Source: Promethearchaeum syntrophicum
GTDB taxonomy: Archaea > Asgardarchaeota > Lokiarchaeia > Sigyniarchaeales > Promethearchaeaceae
Assembly: GCF_008000775.2 (NCBI RefSeq)
Contig: NZ_CP042905.2
Coordinates: 930,001-962,000, forward strand
Length of the DNA stretch: 32,000 bases
Reading direction: 5' to 3'
Shown here: positions 27,386 through 32,000 of the stretch, piece by piece
Layout: each line of letters opens with the position of its first letter
Numbering within the stretch: position 1 is the first letter of the stretch
Translations under genes and position numbers: made by a program
The notes under the pieces: model-generated
Seen by the model: the letters and a program-made list of their open reading frames with translations, nothing else
Told to the model about the DNA's origin: nothing
The model's database searches: none

Positions 27386-28858
27386 ATGGCTAAGAAAAAG
27401 AAGAAAATATCATCTGAAGAAAAACTTTCAGCAGATGATTTAGGAATAGTAAAAAAGAAAACTATCACTAAAAAAAAGACCTCCAAGAAGTCTTCTTCAA
27501 AAAAAACAACTACGAAGAAAAAAACCACAAAGAAAACCACAAAAAAAAAGACTACTAAGAAGACTAAAAAAAAAACCACAAAGAAGGTTATAAAAAAAAC
27601 AGATTTTATTCAATCTTCTTGTAATGTCGGCTTAGTGGGACATGTAGATCACGGAAAAACGACTCTTGTAAAAGCCCTTTCTGGAACTTGGACTGAAAAA
27701 TATTCTGATGAGATAAATAGAGGAATAACCATAAAATTGGGTTACGCTGAAGCTGCAATAGATCAATGCCCTAATTGTAATTTAATAATTGCTGAATCAG
27801 TAGCTAATAATTTACGTAAAAGCAAAAAAGATCAAAAAGGAATGTGTCCAAATTGTGGAACAAAGTTAAATTTTAAAAGAAGAATTTCATTCGTTGATGC
27901 TCCAGGTCACGAAATCTTGATGGCAACCATGCTATCGGGAGCTTCCTTAATGGATGGTGCTTTATTATTAATTGCTGCCAATGAAGAATGCCCACAACCC
28001 CAAACTAGAGAACATTTAGCAGCCTTAGGCATTGCAAAAATTGAAAATATTATCATAATTCAAAATAAAATTGACGCAGTTGGAAAAGAAAGAGCAATTG
28101 AACATTATAACCAAATAAAAGATTTTGTTAAAGGAACAATAGCAGAAAATGCTCCTATCATACCAACTTCAGCAATTTTCAACTCAAATATTGATCTAAT
28201 CTCTGAAAAAATTGAAGAAATTATTCCGTCACCTGATCTAGATCATGATTCCGAATTTTTGTTCAATATTGCCAGATCATTTGATGTCAATAAACCCGGT
28301 TCAGAAATTGAAAAAATCAATGGTGGAGTTATAGGAGGAAGTATTATTACTGGTACTATAAGTGTGGGTGAAGAAATTGAAATTCGCCCAGGTTTCAGAT
28401 CTAAGGAAGGTAAATATTCTACTATAATTACTACAGTCGAATCAATTTATGAAGGGAGAAATTCATTAAATTCAGCTAAACCTGGTGGGTTAATAGCAAT
28501 TGGAACAAAATTGGATCCATCACTCACTCGTTCTGATCAATTAATTGGAAATGTTGCGGGAATTCCTGGTACTTTACCAGATGTTCAATATTCTGTGGAA
28601 ATTGAAGCGCATTTACTTAAAGAAGTATTGGGTGCTGAAGAAGAAATTGCTGTAACTCCGATTATAAAGAATGAATTGATAATGATCGTAGTTGGCACAA
28701 GTTTGTCTGCTGGTGTCGTGGAGAAAATTGGAAAGAAAAATACAATTACATTGAAATTAAAACGCCCAATCTGTGCTCTGGATGGATCAATTGTTGCTAT
28801 TAGCAGAAGAATAAAGAACAGATTCAGATTGATTGGTTATGGATACTTAATTTCTTAA
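27386..28858 (+). CDS. eif2g: Translation initiation factor aIF2 subunit gamma with Lys/Thr-rich N-terminal extension
   Basis: NVGLVGHVDHGKTTLVKALSGTWTEKYSDEINRGITIKLGYA, CPNC...CPNCG, DAPGHE, IQNKIDAV; N-terminal approx. 65 aa is K/T low complexity. Confidence 0.97.
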   Translation: MAKKKKKISSEEKLSADDLGIVKKKTITKKKTSKKSSSKKTTTKKKTTKKTTKKKTTKKTKKKTTKKVIKKTDFIQSSCNVGLVGHVDHGKTTLVKALSGTWTEKYSDEINRGITIKLGYAEAAIDQCPNCNLIIAESVANNLRKSKKDQKGMCPNCGTKLNFKRRISFVDAPGHEILMATMLSGASLMDGALLLIAANEECPQPQTREHLAALGIAKIENIIIIQNKIDAVGKERAIEHYNQIKDFVKGTIAENAPIIPTSAIFNSNIDLISEKIEEIIPSPDLDHDSEFLFNIARSFDVNKPGSEIEKINGGVIGGSIITGTISVGEEIEIRPGFRSKEGKYSTIITTVESIYEGRNSLNSAKPGGLIAIGTKLDPSLTRSDQLIGNVAGIPGTLPDVQYSVEIEAHLLKEVLGAEEEIAVTPIIKNELIMIVVGTSLSAGVVEKIGKKNTITLKLKRPICALDGSIVAISRRIKNRFRLIGYGYLIS

Positions 28859-28948
28859 TATATCCCTTTCAAGCGCTATTTTGGAGTTTTATCTTAATAT
28901 CCAAAGTTTTATTTCTTTTAACGATCAATTTATAAAAAACTATTAGAA

Positions 28949-30262
28949 GTGATTAAATTGGTCGAAGAAAAACACCCAATAATTGGAGCCGATGCTCAAA
29001 AGACTTTATATAAAACTTATTCAACTTTTGTATCAAAATCTAAAGCAGATTTCTTTAAAAACCTTGGATTAGGTGTAATTCAAGGTAAACGTGAACATAT
29101 TTATATAACAATGTTGGAAGGAAATCGAAAAAGTAAACCTCCGATAAAATTGATAGATTGTCGAACAAGCGGAGGTGTTTTTAATTTAGGTCATCGACAT
29201 CCAGCCATTATAAAAGCATTAAAAGATGGAATAGATGCAGGGCTTGATATTGGTGACCATCACTTAATTAGTGAACAAAGAGCATTACTTGCAAAAAAAT
29301 TAGCTAATTTACTTCCCGATGGAATCTCAAAAACTCAATTTTCTGTAGGGGGAGGTGAAGCTATTGATCTTGCAATAAAATTAGCTCGATACTCCACCAA
29401 AAGAAAGAAAATTGTTTCTGCAAAATGTGCTTATCATGGTGTTACAGGACTTGCTCTCGGTGCTACATCAGCAAGATTTAAAGATGCTTTTTCATGGCAT
29501 CCTCAAGACTATACACATATAGAATTTGGTAATATCGAATCACTTAGAAAAGAAATTGATGAAAACACAGCCTGTGTAATATTGGAAATTATACCTGCTA
29601 CAGGAGGTATTTTAATTGCACCTCCCGACTATTTCTCTCAAGTCAGAGAACTCTGTAATGAAAAGGGAGTAATACTCATTGCAGATGAAGTGCAAAGTGG
29701 ATTAGGTAGAACTGGGGAAATGTGGGGGATTTATGGAGGGATTTATAAAAATGAGAAAATTGTTCCAGATATTATGGTTCTCGCCAAAGGCATGAGTGCA
29801 GGGATGTATCCCTTAGCTACAACTTGTTATAAACCATTTTTGGACAAAGTTTTTGAGGAGGATCCCTTCATACATATAAGCACGACAGGTGGTTCCGAAT
29901 TAGGATGCTACGTTACAAGAAAAATGCTTGATATTATTTCTCAACCGCTATTTTTAAATAATATTAAGGCAATAGGAAAGCAATTGGGTAAAGGTTTAAA
30001 TGAATTAAAAGATGAAAATTCAAATCTAGTTGTTGATGTGAGAGGACGTGGATTGATGTGGGGCGTGGAATTTGTTAATGATCGATACGGCATCGGTTAT
30101 ACCCTTCAAATGATTCAGAATGGAATTTGGGCAGATTATTGTGGTAATCGAGAAAATACAATCAAATTGATGCCTCCGTTAATTGTGAACGAAATTGAGA
30201 TGAGAGAAATAATGGTTCGATTAAAAAAAGCTATGAATAAGCTACCACAACCAAAGGAATAA
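28949..30262 (+). CDS. Class III PLP-dependent aminotransferase (acetylornithine/4-aminobutyrate-type)
   Basis: LGHRHPAIIKAL, SVGGGEAIDLAIKLAR, YHGVTGLALG, ILIADEVQSGLGRTG, VMVLAKGMSAGMYPL. Confidence 0.93.
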   Translation: MIKLVEEKHPIIGADAQKTLYKTYSTFVSKSKADFFKNLGLGVIQGKREHIYITMLEGNRKSKPPIKLIDCRTSGGVFNLGHRHPAIIKALKDGIDAGLDIGDHHLISEQRALLAKKLANLLPDGISKTQFSVGGGEAIDLAIKLARYSTKRKKIVSAKCAYHGVTGLALGATSARFKDAFSWHPQDYTHIEFGNIESLRKEIDENTACVILEIIPATGGILIAPPDYFSQVRELCNEKGVILIADEVQSGLGRTGEMWGIYGGIYKNEKIVPDIMVLAKGMSAGMYPLATTCYKPFLDKVFEEDPFIHISTTGGSELGCYVTRKMLDIISQPLFLNNIKAIGKQLGKGLNELKDENSNLVVDVRGRGLMWGVEFVNDRYGIGYTLQMIQNGIWADYCGNRENTIKLMPPLIVNEIEMREIMVRLKKAMNKLPQPKE

Positions 30263-30294
30263 TATAATAATTCGTTAAATGAGGAGATAATAAG

Positions 30295-31320
30295 ATGGAA
30301 ATGAAAGGAAAGTTAGGAGTATTTTTAAGTAAAATTAAGAATGAAAGTGGAGAGTACGAAATTCTACAACTACTTGAAAAATCGTTAGATACAACCAATC
30401 CAGAAAAAGGAGAAGTTCCAATAAAATTGCTTGGGTTTGGAGAAATTAGTTTAGTTTTTGAAATTTTGTCAGATAAAACAAAAAATCTTGCCTTCAAACG
30501 CCTTCCTATCTTTGATAGTGAAGAACAAGTTAATAAACATATTAACGGTTATAATGAATACAATCGATTACTTAATGATGATCTTCAAATCGAAGTCCCA
30601 CCTAGTGACGCTGCTTGGGTTTATGCTGACAAGAAAATGAAAAAAATTTCTCTCTACTGTATTCAAGATAAAATCTCTCAACCCGAATCAATTGGAAATA
30701 AGATTATCCATCAAGTCGGGATAGATGATGTTAAAAATTTGATATTAATTATCATGCGCGAAACCAAAAAAGTCTGGAAATTTAATAAAAGTAATGTAGA
30801 TAATGGAAAGCAAATTGGTTTAGATGGACAAATATCTAATTGGGTTGTAAAGAATTTTGATCCCAAGGATCCCCATGTCACGATTGATAGTAAACTTGTT
30901 TATATTGACACGTCAACTCCTATGTTTAGAATCAATGGAGAAGATGCGATGGAAGGAATTTTATTCTTAAAAAGTGCCCCTTTTTTTCTGCGATGGATTT
31001 TGAAATTGTTCTTTTTAGATGAAGTTTTAGATCGCTATTATGATTGGCGCGAAGTAATAATCGATTTAATCGCTAATTTTCACAAAGAACAATTACCTGA
31101 AATGATTCCAGACTTACTCAATGTAGTTAATGAATTTTTTGTATCGGAAGCCAAAGAATTTAATATTGAACCGATAACTTTGAAGGAAATTGATAAATAT
31201 TATAAAAATGATAAGATGATTTGGGTTTTGTTTCAAAATTTCAGACGGTTTGACCGTTTCCTAAAGAAGATATTTAGAAAGAAATATGACTTCTATCTAC
31301 CTGATAAAATTAAAAGATAA
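30295..31320 (+). CDS. Protein-kinase-like-fold protein, divergent/uncharacterised
   Basis: LLGFGEISLVFEI (Gly-rich loop-like), NLAFKRLP (Lys), GLDGQISNW (DxxxxN) and LVYIDTS (Asp of DFG-like position). Confidence 0.75.
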   Translation: MEMKGKLGVFLSKIKNESGEYEILQLLEKSLDTTNPEKGEVPIKLLGFGEISLVFEILSDKTKNLAFKRLPIFDSEEQVNKHINGYNEYNRLLNDDLQIEVPPSDAAWVYADKKMKKISLYCIQDKISQPESIGNKIIHQVGIDDVKNLILIIMRETKKVWKFNKSNVDNGKQIGLDGQISNWVVKNFDPKDPHVTIDSKLVYIDTSTPMFRINGEDAMEGILFLKSAPFFLRWILKLFFLDEVLDRYYDWREVIIDLIANFHKEQLPEMIPDLLNVVNEFFVSEAKEFNIEPITLKEIDKYYKNDKMIWVLFQNFRRFDRFLKKIFRKKYDFYLPDKIKR

Positions 31321-31330
31321 TTAAAGCTTC

Positions 31331-31948
31331 TCAAAGATCTTTTCGCATTGTGTGAATTGCATCAATATCTAAAAATATTTTTGCTAACCAGATTTTTTTA
31401 GTTGAAATTATTTTAAAGCCATATGATTTATACAAGGAAATCGCACCTTGATTTCGGCTTAAAACCGATAATTCTAAATGTTTCATATTTTTTTTTCTTG
31501 CTAAATCCTCAGAAAATTGCAATAGTTTATACCCAATCCCTTTTTTTCTATAAGTTTGATCTACTCCTAAAGCTTTTATTTCTAAGGTATTTGGTTTAAC
31601 TTTTTCATAATCTTCAATAGACGTAATAATACTAGTTCGAAAAGCATACCATACTTTCATTTTTTGCCGGAGAGTTTTAAAAATGAATCTAAATGATTCT
31701 GGTTTCATTTTCATGTAAATTAAATTTAAAGCAGCCACATATTTCCCATCATATTCTAAGATATAAATTCCGTGGAAATCCTCTTTTTTCATGCGATTTA
31801 ATTTCAATAGTTTTACCAATTCAATATAATCTTCTTCAGGAATGCTTTTAAAGAAAAATGGAAATTTATCATTAAAAGCTTGTGAAATTATTCGAGAAAA
31901 CTCACCTATGTTGGTAGGATCGCATTTTCTGATTGAAATATTAACCAT
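31331..31948 (-). CDS. GNAT family N-acetyltransferase
   Basis: IKALGVDQTYRKKGIGYKLLQFSEDLARKKNMKHLELSVLSRNQGAISLYKSYGFKII. Confidence 0.93.
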   Translation of the reverse strand: MVNISIRKCDPTNIGEFSRIISQAFNDKFPFFFKSIPEEDYIELVKLLKLNRMKKEDFHGIYILEYDGKYVAALNLIYMKMKPESFRFIFKTLRQKMKVWYAFRTSIITSIEDYEKVKPNTLEIKALGVDQTYRKKGIGYKLLQFSEDLARKKNMKHLELSVLSRNQGAISLYKSYGFKIISTKKIWLAKIFLDIDAIHTMRKDL

Positions 31949-32000
31949 TTTAATTCTCTAATCCAGTAGTTTTTTAAGTAAATGTTCTACTTTTTCTTTA

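Noticed and set aside
27307-27579. Minus-strand F/V-rich 90-aa ORF resembling a membrane protein
   Set aside because: Antisense artefact of the Lys/Thr codon repeats at the aIF2-gamma N-terminus.
1-32000. CRISPR arrays, rRNA, tRNA, transposases or phage modules
   Set aside because: No regular repeats with spacers, no recognisable tRNA/rRNA sequence and no transposase/integrase motifs seen; a computational scan (tRNAscan-SE, CRISPR finder) would be needed to exclude small elements fully.

Overview
AT-rich, gene-dense 32 kb chromosomal window, most consistent with an Asgard (Promethearchaeota) archaeon. The assignment rests on a Rab/Ras-like small GTPase, an archaeal aIF2-gamma, TrmB/ArsR-type regulators and an archaeal-style gene mix. 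Readable genes: ExoIII (partial), aldehyde ferredoxin oxidoreductase, hybrid PAS histidine kinase, SDR, secreted permuted-papain-like (YiiX/NlpC-P60-like) protein, MBL-fold hydrolase, small GTPase, BAR-like coiled-coil protein, 7TM protein, inorganic pyrophosphatase, MalY/PatB aminotransferase, HEXXH protease-like protein, radical SAM protein, prenyl-diphosphate-synthase homologue, TrmB regulator, SelD, HEAT-repeat/coiled-coil giant, aIF2-gamma, class III aminotransferase, atypical kinase-like protein, GNAT. Most notable points: (1) the ORF track truncates selD. The real gene starts at 24278 and reads through an in-frame TGA in the catalytic loop (HG-U-SCK), with a eukaryotic-like SECIS-shaped hairpin (AUGA...GA core) 14 nt after the stop. 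(2) A co-directional cassette at 18.17-23.12 kb holds a 40-aa peptide ORF, a HEXXH protein, a radical SAM protein, a prenyl synthase with a degenerate second Asp motif, a helical protein with DDTVD, and a TrmB regulator; parts are translationally coupled. (3) A BAR-domain-like coiled coil with a Lys-rich tail lies beside the Rab-like GTPase. (4) A HEAT trunk + coiled-coil + C-terminal beta domain protein superficially resembles adaptin/coatomer, and its reading frame extends past the called start. (5) Lys-rich low-complexity tails occur on unrelated proteins, including aIF2-gamma. No CRISPR array, rRNA, tRNA or transposon was recognised. All functional assignments are from motif reading only; no searches were run.
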